NCBI GenBank assembly: GCA_964507425.1
Contig: CAZDQD010000118.1
Coordinates: 9,461 to 73,460 of the forward strand
Length of the DNA stretch: 64,000 nucleotides
Origin: an uncultured Vicinamibacteraceae bacterium
GTDB lineage: Bacteria > Acidobacteriota > Vicinamibacteria > Vicinamibacterales > UBA8438
Direction of reading: 5' to 3'
Part shown: piece after piece, positions 47,321 to 57,231 of the stretch
Numbering within the stretch: position 1 is the first letter of the stretch
Layout: every line of letters starts with the position of its first letter
Translations under genes and position numbers: made by a program
The notes under the pieces: generated by a model
Seen by the model: only the letters and a program-made list of their open reading frames with translations
Told to the model about the DNA's origin: nothing
Database searches by the model: none

Positions 47321-48461
47321 TTGGCAGTAACACTGGATGAGCAGATTCGCCGCTATCAGGATTTAGCTACGCGCTCTTCTGATCTTCGAGGTTATCTTTG
47401 ACCCAGTTGCGTTAGCAGACCGGATAGTAGAGATTGAGCGGAAAGCTGCTGAGCCAGGTTTCTGGGACGATCAGGTTCGAGCTCAGCAAGTTCTACAACG
47501 TCGTCGAAGATTGCAGGAAGATCTTGACCTGGCCGAATCTCTTCGAACTCGCTGTGAAGACTTGGGGGTCCTTATTGATTGGGCAAATCAGGGAGAGGCC
47601 GTTGATACTGAATTGGCGGTGGGTCTCGATGATTTGGCGGCAGAGGTTGAAAGTGGCGAGATCAAGAAGATGCTTGGAGGGGAACATGATCATCGCAATG
47701 CGATCGTCTCGATCCATCCTGGTGCAGGCGGAACGGAATCCCAGGATTGGGCAGAAATTCTCCTGCGAATGTATCTTCGCTGGGCTGAACGTCGAAATTT
47801 CAAGTCTGAACTGATTGAGGTTCAGCCTGGAGACGAGGCCGGGTTAAAAAGCGCCACGCTGACAATTGATGGTGACTACGCGTACGGTCTGTTGCTTCCA
47901 GAGGCTGGAGTCCACCGACTTGTGCGTATCTCTCCGTTTGACCAAGCTGCACGGAGACATACTTCGTTTGCATCTCTTTTTGTGTGGCCTGAGCTTCCAG
48001 ATGACGTCGATGTAGAGATCGAAGAAAAAGAACTTCGGGTAGATACTTATCGTTCGAGTGGGGCTGGTGGGCAACATGTAAACGTAACCGACTCGGCTGT
48101 GCGTATTACGCACCTACCAACTGGGATTGTCGTATCTTGTCAGAACGAGCGATCGCAGCATCGAAATCGTGATGCTGCGATGAAAGTTCTTCGGTCGAGA
48201 CTTTACGACTTGAAACGCCAAGAGCAGCAGGACCGACTTGAGCAAATCGGAGGCGAGAAGAAAAATATTGCTTTTGGCAGCCAGATCAGAAGCTATGTGC
48301 TGCACCCGTATCGGTTGGTTAAGGATCACCGGACGAAGATAGACGAGGGAAATGTTGACCGTGTGTTGGACGGTGACATTGACGTTTTTATAAAAGCGTA
48401 TCTTATGCGGAAAGCGGCGGGTACCTTGAGTGCCGTGGATTCGTTTGAAGGTACGGCGTAG
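47321..48461 (+). CDS. prfB: Peptide chain release factor 2, requiring a programmed +1 ribosomal frameshift at 47396..47401
   Basis: TTG at 47321 lies 7 nt after AAGGAGG. Frame 0 reads (M)AVTLDEQIRRYQDLATRSSDLRGYL followed by an in-frame TGA. The +1 frame continues DPVALADRIVEIERKAAEPGFWDD and joins the track ORF 47511..48461. That ORF carries SPF (RISPFD) and GGQ (SSGAGGQHVN). Confidence 0.9.
47387..47402 (+). other. prfB +1 frameshift (recoding) site
   Basis: CGAGGTTATCTTTGAC contains the CTT TGA C slippery/stop context preceded by the SD-like GAGGT. It parallels the E. coli site AGGGGGTATCTTTGAC. Confidence 0.85.
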
Positions 48462-48471
48462 CCGTAGTTTT

Positions 48472-50778
48472 TTAGCGTCCGCTAAATGGTGTTCCAGGTT
48501 CAGTCCCAGAAATGAACACTTCTTGTATGCTGCCTCTTGTTTCGGGAGCCGTAGGTTCACCAGTCTTAGGAACGACGGACGTGAAGACGATATTTTCAGG
48601 AGGGACAAAGCTAGTAGGAGTGGTCTGGCTGTCGGTATAGGCCTTCATGAAGTCAATCCAGATAGGGAGCGCGACGCGGGCACCTTGTTCGTTGTCTCCC
48701 ATTGTCTTTTTTTCGTCGTAGCCAACCCAAACTCCAACGGTAACGTTGGGATCAAAACCTACAAACCATGCATCGGTGTATTCGTCCATGGTTCCGGTTT
48801 TTCCGGCAAGAGGCCAGTTGAGTTCTCGGCGGGCACGTTGCGCGGTACCACGTTGCACGACACCACGCATCAGGCTAACCATGATGTACGCCGTGTCTGC
48901 ACGCAGAGCGTCTTGTGATTGTGGTCTGTGTTCTTCCAGTGTGTTTCCATCACGATCAGCCACTTGTTGGATCAGAAATGGGACCATGCGGTTCCCGTGG
49001 TTTGGAAAGACCGAGTAGGCGCTGGTGACCTCCATTAGTGTGGCTTCTGCTGAACCGAGTGCGACCGAAAGATATGGAGGGATGGGTGATTGAAATCCGA
49101 CACGTCTCGCAAAATCAATAACAGTTTGTGGTCCGATTTCATTCATCAACCAAACAGCCGGAACGTTCCTTGAATCTTCCAACGCCCACCGAAGTGTTAC
49201 TGGTCCTTCATACGCATTGTCATAGTTCGTCGGTCTGTAGAGTGCTTGGTTTGGACCTACGTCGAAGCTCACGGGTTCGTCGCGCAAGAGGGAGGTGGTG
49301 GTGTAGCCTTGGTCAATGGCGGCCGCGTACAGTACGCCTTTGAAAAGTGAACCCATCTGTCTAAGTGATTGTGTCGCCCGGTTAAACTTGCTTCGTTCGT
49401 AGTTATAGCCGCCGACCATGGCCAGAACGTGGCCCGTTCGGTTCTCGATGGCCACAAGAGACGCTTCAAATTCGGGTTCTTGTTCGAGGATTCCTTTGCC
49501 ACGTCCGATGTCGTCAGTAGGTAATTCTGTGAGTGTTACGTCAACCAAGTCTCCGGCAACAGCAATTTGGTTCGGGGAAGTGTGACGAGTCCACCGAAAA
49601 CCTTCTTCCGAAATATCTATGGCGTGATCACCGACGCGTGTTTGAATAAGTGTACCCGTCGTTCCCGTCACGAGTGCGGGAACCATATCCCCTTCTTCGA
49701 GCGGGTATTGCCACCGAGAATGGCTAAATCCATCTAGGGTGTTGGCCGCCGTGTTGCCGTCGCTAAAGACGTTACCCTTCACACCACGAAATCCATGCCG
49801 TTTGTCTAGAGTGCGTAGTCCTTTGGAGACGGCTCTATTGGCTGCACGTTGGAGGTTGGAATCAAGCGTTGAGCGTACGACAAGACCGTCTTGGTACAGA
49901 CGCTCGGCACCGTACTCACGTTCCAAATGTTGACGAACTTCTTCCAAGTAATACGGAGCGATGGTATTTGTTCGTTCATGGCGTTCCGCAAGTTGGATTG
50001 GTTTTGCTTTTTCGAGATCGGCCATGGCTACGGTGATGTAACCCTCTTCCGCCATTCTTCCAAGTGCATAATTTCGTCTACGGATTGCTAGTTCCATGTT
50101 GACCAAAGGACTTTGGCGGGAGGGGTTTTGATGGATGCCAGCGATTAATGCGGCTTCTGACAGGTTTAGATCTCTCACAGACTTTCCAAAGTACAAACGA
50201 GATGCTGCCTCGACGCCGTTCGCGGCATAGGAGCTTGTTCCAAGCCACATTTCGTTGCAGTAAAGTGTGAAAATCTCTCTTTTCGTGTACCGCTTTTCCA
50301 AGTGAAACGTGTAGTACATTTCTCGTAATTTACGTTGCCAGGTCTTTTCGAGGCCAAGGCGCTCCCCGCCGAGTTCAATATTGCGTGCGAGTTGCATTGT
50401 TAGTGTGCTTGCACCCGCAGCGAGTTCTCCTGCTGCCACGTCTCGGACGATTGTCCTGATTATCGCTGGTATGCTGAAGCCGTTATGTTCGAAGAACGAA
50501 CCGTCTTCTGCGGCAATGATGGCTTGCCGTAATACATCAGGAATATCGTCGTAATCGATGATTACGCGACGCTGCGTTGCAAACTCGCCAATGGTTTCCC
50601 CAGTCCTGTCATAGATACGCGTGATGGTGTCTGGTACGTAATCATCGAGGCTCTCGATTTCTGGAAGGTCAGGCGAATAGGCAAAAAGCACGCCACTCAC
50701 AACCCCCAGAAGAGAGGTCAACGCGAACAGGCTAAAAACAAGAGCCTTTCTAAGGGGCTTGGCTGATGTTGGACTCAT
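48472..50778 (-). CDS. mrcA: Class A penicillin-binding protein (PBP1A; glycosyltransferase GT51 plus transpeptidase)
   Basis: The N-terminal anchor is followed by GT51 motifs (AIIAAEDGSFFEHNGF, GASTLTMQLARN, RKLREMYYTFHLEKRYTKREIFTLYCN). The transpeptidase SxxK is MGSLFK, with SRN and KTGT (LAGKTGT). Confidence 0.9.
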   Translation of the reverse strand: MSPTSAKPLRKALVFSLFALTSLLGVVSGVLFAYSPDLPEIESLDDYVPDTITRIYDRTGETIGEFATQRRVIIDYDDIPDVLRQAIIAAEDGSFFEHNGFSIPAIIRTIVRDVAAGELAAGASTLTMQLARNIELGGERLGLEKTWQRKLREMYYTFHLEKRYTKREIFTLYCNEMWLGTSSYAANGVEAASRLYFGKSVRDLNLSEAALIAGIHQNPSRQSPLVNMELAIRRRNYALGRMAEEGYITVAMADLEKAKPIQLAERHERTNTIAPYYLEEVRQHLEREYGAERLYQDGLVVRSTLDSNLQRAANRAVSKGLRTLDKRHGFRGVKGNVFSDGNTAANTLDGFSHSRWQYPLEEGDMVPALVTGTTGTLIQTRVGDHAIDISEEGFRWTRHTSPNQIAVAGDLVDVTLTELPTDDIGRGKGILEQEPEFEASLVAIENRTGHVLAMVGGYNYERSKFNRATQSLRQMGSLFKGVLYAAAIDQGYTTTSLLRDEPVSFDVGPNQALYRPTNYDNAYEGPVTLRWALEDSRNVPAVWLMNEIGPQTVIDFARRVGFQSPIPPYLSVALGSAEATLMEVTSAYSVFPNHGNRMVPFLIQQVADRDGNTLEEHRPQSQDALRADTAYIMVSLMRGVVQRGTAQRARRELNWPLAGKTGTMDEYTDAWFVGFDPNVTVGVWVGYDEKKTMGDNEQGARVALPIWIDFMKAYTDSQTTPTSFVPPENIVFTSVVPKTGEPTAPETRGSIQEVFISGTEPGTPFSGR

Positions 50779-50838
50779 CCCGACTGCGCCATTTTACTAT
50801 GGTGAGCTGGCTCGATGACAGGACCGAATGATAACTTA

Positions 50839-50859
50839 CTTGACAATGACATACTCATA
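50839..50859. promoter_or_regulatory. HAIR-like (HspR-associated inverted repeat) candidate operator overlapping the -35 and spacer
   Basis: CTTGACA-atgacat-ACTCATA compared with the Streptomyces HAIR consensus CTTGAGT-N7-ACTCAAG. Spacing is correct and 10 of 14 consensus positions match. An hspR gene closes the same operon. Confidence 0.4.
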
Positions 50860-50868
50860 TTTTATAAT
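50840..50868 (+). promoter_or_regulatory. Consensus sigma70-type promoter of the dnaK operon
   Basis: TTGACA (50840..50845), exactly 17 nt, then TATAAT (50863..50868). Both hexamers match the consensus perfectly. It lies about 70 nt upstream of the dnaK ATG. Confidence 0.6.
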
Positions 50869-50940
50869 GTTTGATGTATTAGGAATATTTGTTTTAGTTA
50901 GTGGTGTTCGAGAATGATTTCAGACTAGGAACTTTTAATT

Positions 50941-52854
50941 ATGAGCAAGATAATCGGTATTGACCTTGGAACGACTAATTCTGTTGTCGCCGTTATGGAA
51001 GGCGGAGAGCCAACGGTGGTGACAAATCCTGAAGGCAATCGTCTTACTCCATCAGTCGTCGCTTTTGCGAAATCGGATGAGAGACTGGTTGGTCAAGTAG
51101 CAAAAAGACAGGCCGTTACCAATCCAGAAAATACGATTTTCTCCATTAAACGTTTTATGGGTCGTCGTTTTGATGAGGTGAACGAGGAAATGACGATGAT
51201 TCCATACGAGGTTTTTCGTTCGAAGAACGGGGATGCTCGCGTCAAAGCTGGAGGTAAGGAGATGTCCCCGCCAGAGCTTTCGGCGATGGTCTTGCAGAAA
51301 TTGAAACAATCGGCCGAGGAGTACCTCGGACAATCGGTGACGAAAGCGGTTATCACTGTTCCGGCGTATTTTAACGATGCACAACGCCAGGCAACGAAGG
51401 ACGCGGGGCAGATCGCGGGGCTGGAGGTGCTGCGCATCGTTAATGAGCCTACGGCCGCTGCCCTCGCTTACGGCTTAGACAAAAAGAAAGATGAAACGAT
51501 TGCGGTTTACGACTTTGGTGGTGGGACGTTTGACATTTCTATTCTTGAGGTTGGAGAAGGAGTTGTTGAGGTTAAATCAACGAATGGTGATACCCATCTC
51601 GGTGGAGACAACTTGGACCATAGGATTATTGACTGGATCGTTGAAGAGTTTAGAGCGGATGAAGGTATTGACCTGAGTAAGGACAGGATGGCACTCCAAC
51701 GTCTTAGGGAAGCGGCTGAAAAAGCGAAGATGGAGTTGTCGACCGTAATGGAAACCGAGATAAATTTACCGTTTATTACAGCGGATCAGTCAGGCCCTAA
51801 GCATCTCCAGAAAAAATTGACACGCGCGAAGTTCGAACAAATTGTTGACGATTTGCTGCAGAAGACTGTTGGACCTGTGAAACAGGCCCTGTCTGATGCA
51901 GGAATTGCCGCGTCGGGCATAGATGAAGTTGTGCTTGTGGGCGGTTCGACTCGGGTGCCGAAGGTGCAGGAGATTGTAAAAGGCTTGTTCGGTAGGGAGC
52001 CGCATCGTGGGGTTAATCCCGATGAGGTGGTAGCGATTGGTGCTGGTGTTCAAGCAGGTGTTCTTGCCGGGGAGGTTAAGGACCTGCTTTTACTTGACGT
52101 CACACCGTTATCGCTTGGGATAGAAACACTTGGTGGAGTGATGACCACTCTGATTCCGAGGAATACGACGATTCCGACCAAAAAGAGTGAGATATTTTCA
52201 ACTGCGGCTGACAGCCAAACGAGCGTCGAGGTCCACGTTTTACAGGGTGAGCGTTCTATGGCGAAGGACAATCGACCGCTCGGAAAATTCCACTTGGCGG
52301 AGATTCCTCCTGCGCCGAGAGGTGTGCCGCAAATAGAGGTAACCTTCGATATAGACGCCAACGGCATTGTCAATGTCTCCGCTAAGGACCTTGGTACCGG
52401 CAAAGAACAGAAGATTACGATTACGGCCTCGAGCAGTTTAGACAAGGACGAGGTTGACAAGATGAGGCAAGATGCTGAGTCCCACGCGGACGAGGACAAG
52501 GTACGTAAAGAAGAGGTTGAAACTAGGAATAAGGCCGACCAGGCTGTTTATGCGGCTGAGCGGATGATTGAGGACACGGGCGACAAATTGACCGAGGCGG
52601 ATAAACAACTGCTTGAACAGGCGGTTAGTGACACTAAGAAGGCGAGTGAGGGTGATGATGTCGCTGCGCTGGTATCAGCTCTAGAGTCATTAACAGCAGC
52701 CCAGCAAAAAGCAGCCGAGGCTATCTACGCTCAGTCTGCACAGGAAGCTCAGGATCCCGGAGGTCAAGATGCAGGGGACGCCGAAGCTCAAAGCGCATCC
52801 GGGAGTGACGGGGAGGTTATTGACGCGGAAGTTGTCGAAGAGGACAAAAAGTAA
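50941..52854 (+). CDS. dnaK: Molecular chaperone DnaK (Hsp70)
   Basis: [47 protein letters not shown] and a C-terminal acidic tail ending EEDKK. Confidence 0.97.
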   Translation: MSKIIGIDLGTTNSVVAVMEGGEPTVVTNPEGNRLTPSVVAFAKSDERLVGQVAKRQAVTNPENTIFSIKRFMGRRFDEVNEEMTMIPYEVFRSKNGDARVKAGGKEMSPPELSAMVLQKLKQSAEEYLGQSVTKAVITVPAYFNDAQRQATKDAGQIAGLEVLRIVNEPTAAALAYGLDKKKDETIAVYDFGGGTFDISILEVGEGVVEVKSTNGDTHLGGDNLDHRIIDWIVEEFRADEGIDLSKDRMALQRLREAAEKAKMELSTVMETEINLPFITADQSGPKHLQKKLTRAKFEQIVDDLLQKTVGPVKQALSDAGIAASGIDEVVLVGGSTRVPKVQEIVKGLFGREPHRGVNPDEVVAIGAGVQAGVLAGEVKDLLLLDVTPLSLGIETLGGVMTTLIPRNTTIPTKKSEIFSTAADSQTSVEVHVLQGERSMAKDNRPLGKFHLAEIPPAPRGVPQIEVTFDIDANGIVNVSAKDLGTGKEQKITITASSSLDKDEVDKMRQDAESHADEDKVRKEEVETRNKADQAVYAAERMIEDTGDKLTEADKQLLEQAVSDTKKASEGDDVAALVSALESLTAAQQKAAEAIYAQSAQEAQDPGGQDAGDAEAQSASGSDGEVIDAEVVEEDKK

Positions 52855-52888
52855 TAGCGGTTTCACGACAGGTTAGTGGAGTTCGCCA

Positions 52889-54001
52889 GTGAATCAGTTG
52901 GATTTTTACGTAATTCTTGGAATCGAGCGGGCGGCTACCGCTACTGAGGTCAAGCGTGCATACCAGCGCCTGGCTCGTCGTTATCATCCGGATATCAATC
53001 CAGGAGACGACGAAGCGGAGGCGTTTTTTCGTTTGGTAAGCGAAGCCTATGAGACGTTGATGGACCCGGACCGAAGGCATCGGTACGACCGAGACGGACT
53101 GCGCAGTGCAAGCCCAAATCCTTCGTCAGTCGAGTTTCAAGGTTTTGATTTTTCGTCTGGGTCTGGCGGTTCAGCAGGTTCCGCCACATTTGTCGAACTG
53201 TTTTCTGACGTGTTTACGCACGCGGCAAATCGTCGTGGTGCGTCCGCGGAACAGCGGCAGCGCGGAAGTGATTTGTTTGGGGAGGTTCGTCTCACTTTTG
53301 AAGAAGCCATTTCCGGTGTTGAGCGGAAACTTCGGATAAACAGACTCGCTGCCTGTGAGTCTTGCGGTGGCAGTGGCCGAAGAAAGGCGCTTGAGAGCCG
53401 GTGTGGTTATTGCATGGGAGTCGGAACTACAAGATGGCGACGGGGACACATGGTATTTTCGAAATCCTGTCAGTTTTGCGGAGGTACTGGTCAGCGGCAG
53501 GACCAGCCTTGTTTGACATGTCATGAGAGCGGGATTGGTTCGCTCGACGAAGACATTACGATACAGGTGCCGGCAGGCGTAAAAGATGGGGCTCGTCTTC
53601 GCATTGAGTCGAAGGGGAATGCTGGACGTTTTGGTGGGGAACCTGGCGACCTATACATAACTACGAATGTCGGGAAACATCGGTTTTTCACAAGAGACGG
53701 CGATAACTTGCGCCTCGATCTTCCCATTGCAATTTATGAGGCTGCTCTTGGTGCTGAAATTAAAGTGCCAACGTTTAATGGCGTGGCGAGTCTGCTCATT
53801 CCCGCTGGCACGCAGTCTGGACAGCGGTTCTACCTTAAATCGTATGGTGTAGCTTCACCACGCACCGGAGAACGAGGCGATCTTATAGTTTCAGTTAATG
53901 TCGTCTTACCTCCGATTGCTGACGAGCGTTCGAAGGAGTTGTTGAGGGAATTTGGCAAGATTAACTCGGGTAATGTCCGTAAGGACCTCTTTAAAGAATG
54001 A
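52889..54001 (+). CDS. dnaJ: Molecular chaperone DnaJ (type I, with zinc-finger domain)
   Basis: The J domain is DFYVILGIERAATATEVKRAYQRLARRYHPD. Four CxxCxGxG-type repeats follow (CESCGGSG, CGYCMGVG, CQFCGGTG, CLTCHESG). GTG start. Confidence 0.95.
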   Translation: MNQLDFYVILGIERAATATEVKRAYQRLARRYHPDINPGDDEAEAFFRLVSEAYETLMDPDRRHRYDRDGLRSASPNPSSVEFQGFDFSSGSGGSAGSATFVELFSDVFTHAANRRGASAEQRQRGSDLFGEVRLTFEEAISGVERKLRINRLAACESCGGSGRRKALESRCGYCMGVGTTRWRRGHMVFSKSCQFCGGTGQRQDQPCLTCHESGIGSLDEDITIQVPAGVKDGARLRIESKGNAGRFGGEPGDLYITTNVGKHRFFTRDGDNLRLDLPIAIYEAALGAEIKVPTFNGVASLLIPAGTQSGQRFYLKSYGVASPRTGERGDLIVSVNVVLPPIADERSKELLREFGKINSGNVRKDLFKE

Positions 54002-54007
54002 GAAACC

Positions 54008-54472
54008 ATGAGTGCTAATCAGACGGATAAGGCTTCATACATGATCAGTGTGGTGGCGGAGAGATACAACTTACACCCACAGACGCTACGGCTTTATGAG
54101 CGAGAGGGTCTGTTGAAACCGTCTAGGACGGAAGGTAATACGAGGCTTTACAGTGAAGAGGACCTTGTCAGACTTGAAACCATACTGTCGCTAACCCGCG
54201 ACTTGGGAGTTAATTTAGCGGGTGTAGAGATCATCTTAAACATGCGCGAGAAGATGGACCGAATGCAGCGCGAGGTGAACGAATTTATGAACTATGTGAA
54301 ACAAGAGCTCGAGCGCGGTTTGGGAGATTGGGAGGAGCGACTGGGTAGTGCCCTGGTTAAATCTCGCCCGCAGGATCTTGTTCGCCCGATGTCTGAGAAA
54401 TATCCGACCAGTTCATCGGATGGTGTCGTTACGAAACAACAAAAACCTAAGGGCGTTCGGAAACGCTCGTAG
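54008..54472 (+). CDS. hspR: MerR-family heat-shock repressor HspR
   Basis: YMISVVAERYNLHPQTLRLYEREGLLKPSRTEGNTRLYSEEDLVRLETILSLTRDLGVNLAGVEIILNM is collinear with HspR of actinobacteria and Helicobacter. It is positioned after dnaJ, as in hspR operons. Confidence 0.85.
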   Translation: MSANQTDKASYMISVVAERYNLHPQTLRLYEREGLLKPSRTEGNTRLYSEEDLVRLETILSLTRDLGVNLAGVEIILNMREKMDRMQREVNEFMNYVKQELERGLGDWEERLGSALVKSRPQDLVRPMSEKYPTSSSDGVVTKQQKPKGVRKRS

Positions 54473-54491
54473 TTGAGTGGGCTGTCGCGGT

Positions 54492-55349
54492 ATGCTTGTG
54501 ACGGATGGTAACTCAATGATTTGTTCTCACTGTAACGGTACTGGTTGGCTGGCGCGTGACATTGATGGGACGCGTCGCGTGGAACGTTGCGAGTGTTGGC
54601 GGTCGGAAGTGGCTCGTGAGATGCTTTCGCACTCTTTGATTCCATCTCGATACGAGAAATGCGATTTCTCGACTTTTATTACGTATGAAAATGATCGACT
54701 TGTCCGTGCGGTCAACAAGGCTCGGACGTTTGCGCGATCTTTCCCAGTTGTGGATAAAGGTCTCCTATTTATTGGCCCACCTGGCATTGGTAAAACGCAC
54801 CTGGCGGTTTCCGTGTTGCGGGAAGTAGCGATGAAGGGTGTGCGTGGCGTTTATTACGACACGCGGTCGCTTCTTAGCACGATTAAGAGTACATACAACC
54901 CGGTTACGCGATCGTCGGAGGCTGACATTCTACGTCAGGTTATGGGTGCGGAGCTGCTTGTTTTGGACGACCTCGGAGCTGAAAGATTGACTGATTGGGT
55001 CGAGGAGACAATGAATCTCATTGTTAACACGCGGTACAACGAAAAGCGGCCCACAATTTTCACCTCTAATTATGAGGATCTTCCAGATGCCGACGAGCTA
55101 GATTCTCTCCTCGTGCGTGTTGGGTTTCGCATGCATTCACGTCTGCGTGAGATGTGTGAATTCTTGGAATATTCTGGACCAGACTACCGTGATTTTGAGT
55201 ACCCGCCAACAGCGGCGGCGTTGTTACAGACCTGGCAATCAAGGCCGTCTAAACGGCTTCCGAAGAGAGCCTCCAATCGGGCAAGAGCGCGCCTCCGTGA
55301 AGGTCAGCTTGAACTTGGTTGGTCAGGTGGGAAAGCAAGTAGTCGCTAA
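54492..55349 (+). CDS. DnaC/DnaI/IstB-like AAA+ ATPase with an N-terminal Cys-rich zinc-ribbon-like motif
   Basis: CSHCNGTGW...RCECW at the N-terminus. Walker A is LLFIGPPGIGKTHLAVSVL and Walker B is LLVLDDLGAERLTDW. The block NTRYNEKRPTIFTSN is typical of helicase-loader/IstB ATPases. The start is uncertain (54477 GTG, 54492 ATG or 54516 ATG). Confidence 0.8.
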   Translation: MLVTDGNSMICSHCNGTGWLARDIDGTRRVERCECWRSEVAREMLSHSLIPSRYEKCDFSTFITYENDRLVRAVNKARTFARSFPVVDKGLLFIGPPGIGKTHLAVSVLREVAMKGVRGVYYDTRSLLSTIKSTYNPVTRSSEADILRQVMGAELLVLDDLGAERLTDWVEETMNLIVNTRYNEKRPTIFTSNYEDLPDADELDSLLVRVGFRMHSRLREMCEFLEYSGPDYRDFEYPPTAAALLQTWQSRPSKRLPKRASNRARARLREGQLELGWSGGKASSR

Positions 55350-55369
55350 GATTCTCGGTTGTTTGATGG

Positions 55370-56515
55370 GTGAGCGTGAATCCTGAAGAACATAATTCTC
55401 TTGGGCTGTACATACACATTCCGTTCTGCAGTTCTATTTGCAACTACTGCAATTTTAATCGAGGCCTTTTCGAGGACGAACTCAAAGACCGCTATTTAAC
55501 TAGCCTTCGTGAAGAGATTAGTCGCACCGGCGATGGGTCTATGGTTGACTCTATTTTTTTTGGCGGTGGGACGCCGTCACTTTTAGATCCGAGTGAGCTA
55601 GACCGGGTGGTCGCTACTTGTCGGGAAGTTTATAAAGTGAGTGGTGACGTCGAGGTCACTATGGAGATGAACCCTGAGTCTTGTGGCCTCAGTTATGTCA
55701 CCGGAGTTCTTGACGCCGGCGTTACACGATGCAGCATCGGGGTCCAATCTCTTAATGATCAAGAACTCAAGCGTCTCGGCCGTATGCATACGGCCGAACA
55801 AGCCTGCCGGGCATTTCAAGAGGCACGCGATGCTGGGTGCCTGAATATCAGTGTTGACTTGATGCTTTGGCTGCCATCACAAAGCCTTCACGATTGCGCC
55901 GCATCTATCGACACTCTGGCCAAACTCGAACCAGAACACGCGTCCCTCTATTTACTGGAGATTTATCCAAATGCACCGCTCCGAGATGAAATGGCGCGGA
56001 GTGGGTGGTCTGTAGTACCCGATGCCGATGCGGCAAGTATGTATCTGGAGGCCCTTCGGTGTATGGACGAGGCTGGTTATACGCAGTATGAGATTTCGAA
56101 CGTGTCACTGCCAGGCAAACAATCGAGGCACAATCTGAAGTATTGGCAGACGGGTAACTGGGTAGGCTTTGGGTGTGGCGCACATTCACATCGAGCCGGA
56201 GTGCGGTGGAAAAATATTACAGAAATCGCTGCTTATATACAGGCGCTTGAAAGTAATGAGACAGTCGTACAGGCGAAGCGGGAACTGTCAAAGGAAGAAC
56301 AGCTTGGGGATGAGATGTTCATGGGGCTTCGGCTTGTCGATGGTCTTGACCTGCAAACCATTGAATCTAAATACGATGTTGATGTTAGGGCAATGTACGG
56401 AGATCAATTGAGGCCCTACAAAGAAGCGGGTCTACTGATTGAGACGGCCAGCCACTGGCGGCTTTCTCGCTCTGGGATGCTACTTTCTAATGAGGTAATG
56501 AAGACTTTTGTGTAA
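55370..56515 (+). CDS. hemW: Radical SAM heme chaperone HemW (HemN-like, oxygen-independent coproporphyrinogen oxidase family)
   Basis: LGLYIHIPFCSSICNYCNF (CxxxCxxC radical SAM cluster), SIFFGGGTPSLL and HNLKYWQ. Length is about 381 aa, typical of HemW rather than HemN. Confidence 0.85.
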   Translation: MSVNPEEHNSLGLYIHIPFCSSICNYCNFNRGLFEDELKDRYLTSLREEISRTGDGSMVDSIFFGGGTPSLLDPSELDRVVATCREVYKVSGDVEVTMEMNPESCGLSYVTGVLDAGVTRCSIGVQSLNDQELKRLGRMHTAEQACRAFQEARDAGCLNISVDLMLWLPSQSLHDCAASIDTLAKLEPEHASLYLLEIYPNAPLRDEMARSGWSVVPDADAASMYLEALRCMDEAGYTQYEISNVSLPGKQSRHNLKYWQTGNWVGFGCGAHSHRAGVRWKNITEIAAYIQALESNETVVQAKRELSKEEQLGDEMFMGLRLVDGLDLQTIESKYDVDVRAMYGDQLRPYKEAGLLIETASHWRLSRSGMLLSNEVMKTFV

Positions 56516-56587
56516 CGTCACAGGTACGGTAAAGTAACGGGCTCTTGCTAGTATTACGAGTGAGAGGATTCAAGGAGGAAGACGTAG

Positions 56588-57079
56588 ATGAGCTCGTTTC
56601 TAAATCAGACATTAATTCGCCGACGTATCTTGATGGGTGGCGCGCTCGTCGCGACTCTAACCATCGGTGTGGTTGTGGGTGTCCTGTTTACGTCGCATCA
56701 GGTCCAGGCGCAGCAGACGGTTACCTATGACGGACCCACCGCAATGGTGTTTCACTTTGTCAAACCTTCGGCAACTGGCGACTACGAGGCAATGCTCCAA
56801 AGGCTACAAGAGGGAGTGTCGGCCAACCACCAAAATATGGCTAATGGCTGGAAAGTATTTCGGTCAGCAACAGATTTTAGTGGGCAGGGCGCCGCTGTTT
56901 ACGTGTGGATGATGGACCCGGTGATGAGCGGTGCCGATTATTCCGCCATGAATATCATCAACGAGGTCGTTACTGATCCGGCCGAGATGCAGGGTATTTT
57001 TGAGTCATACAACGCATCGTATGTTGATGGGCAATTGAAGCAATTGCCTTTGAACCTTACCGAAGTTATCGCGTTTTAG
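56588..57079 (+). CDS. Small N-terminally anchored/secreted protein of unknown function, paralog A (163 aa)
   Basis: RBS AAGGAGGAAG lies upstream. The TM or signal segment is ILMGGALVATLTIGVVVGVLF. It shares blocks with the 57308..57799 product (GW[KR]V[FY], VY/LYV..[MI]DP......DYS, INE.V, GQ...L.L) and has the same length. Confidence 0.6.
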   Translation: MSSFLNQTLIRRRILMGGALVATLTIGVVVGVLFTSHQVQAQQTVTYDGPTAMVFHFVKPSATGDYEAMLQRLQEGVSANHQNMANGWKVFRSATDFSGQGAAVYVWMMDPVMSGADYSAMNIINEVVTDPAEMQGIFESYNASYVDGQLKQLPLNLTEVIAF

Positions 57080-57104
57080 GCCTTTCTCTTTCTTTACAGT
57101 CCAT

Positions 57105-57134
57105 GGGGGCGTGTCCTGTTTGGGCAGCGCCCCC
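57105..57134 (+). terminator. Rho-independent-like terminator after paralog A
   Basis: GGGGGCG (57105..57111) pairs with CGCCCCC (57128..57134), with a 16-nt loop. The sequence tcggGTTTTCT follows. Confidence 0.5.
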
Positions 57135-57231
57135 TCGGGTTTTCTGCCCGTGTGCTGGTTGTGCGGCTCCATTCCGTTAGTCGCGTTCCTCGTTTACCCT
57201 CTTCTCATTTTGTGTGTATCCTGAATGTCGG

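Noticed and set aside
54492-55349. The IstB-like ATPase as the remnant of an IS21-family insertion sequence.
   Set aside because: No istA transposase ORF, no terminal inverted repeats, and the gene is packed in frame-neutral fashion between hspR and hemW. An N-terminal Cys motif is more DnaI-like than IstB-like.
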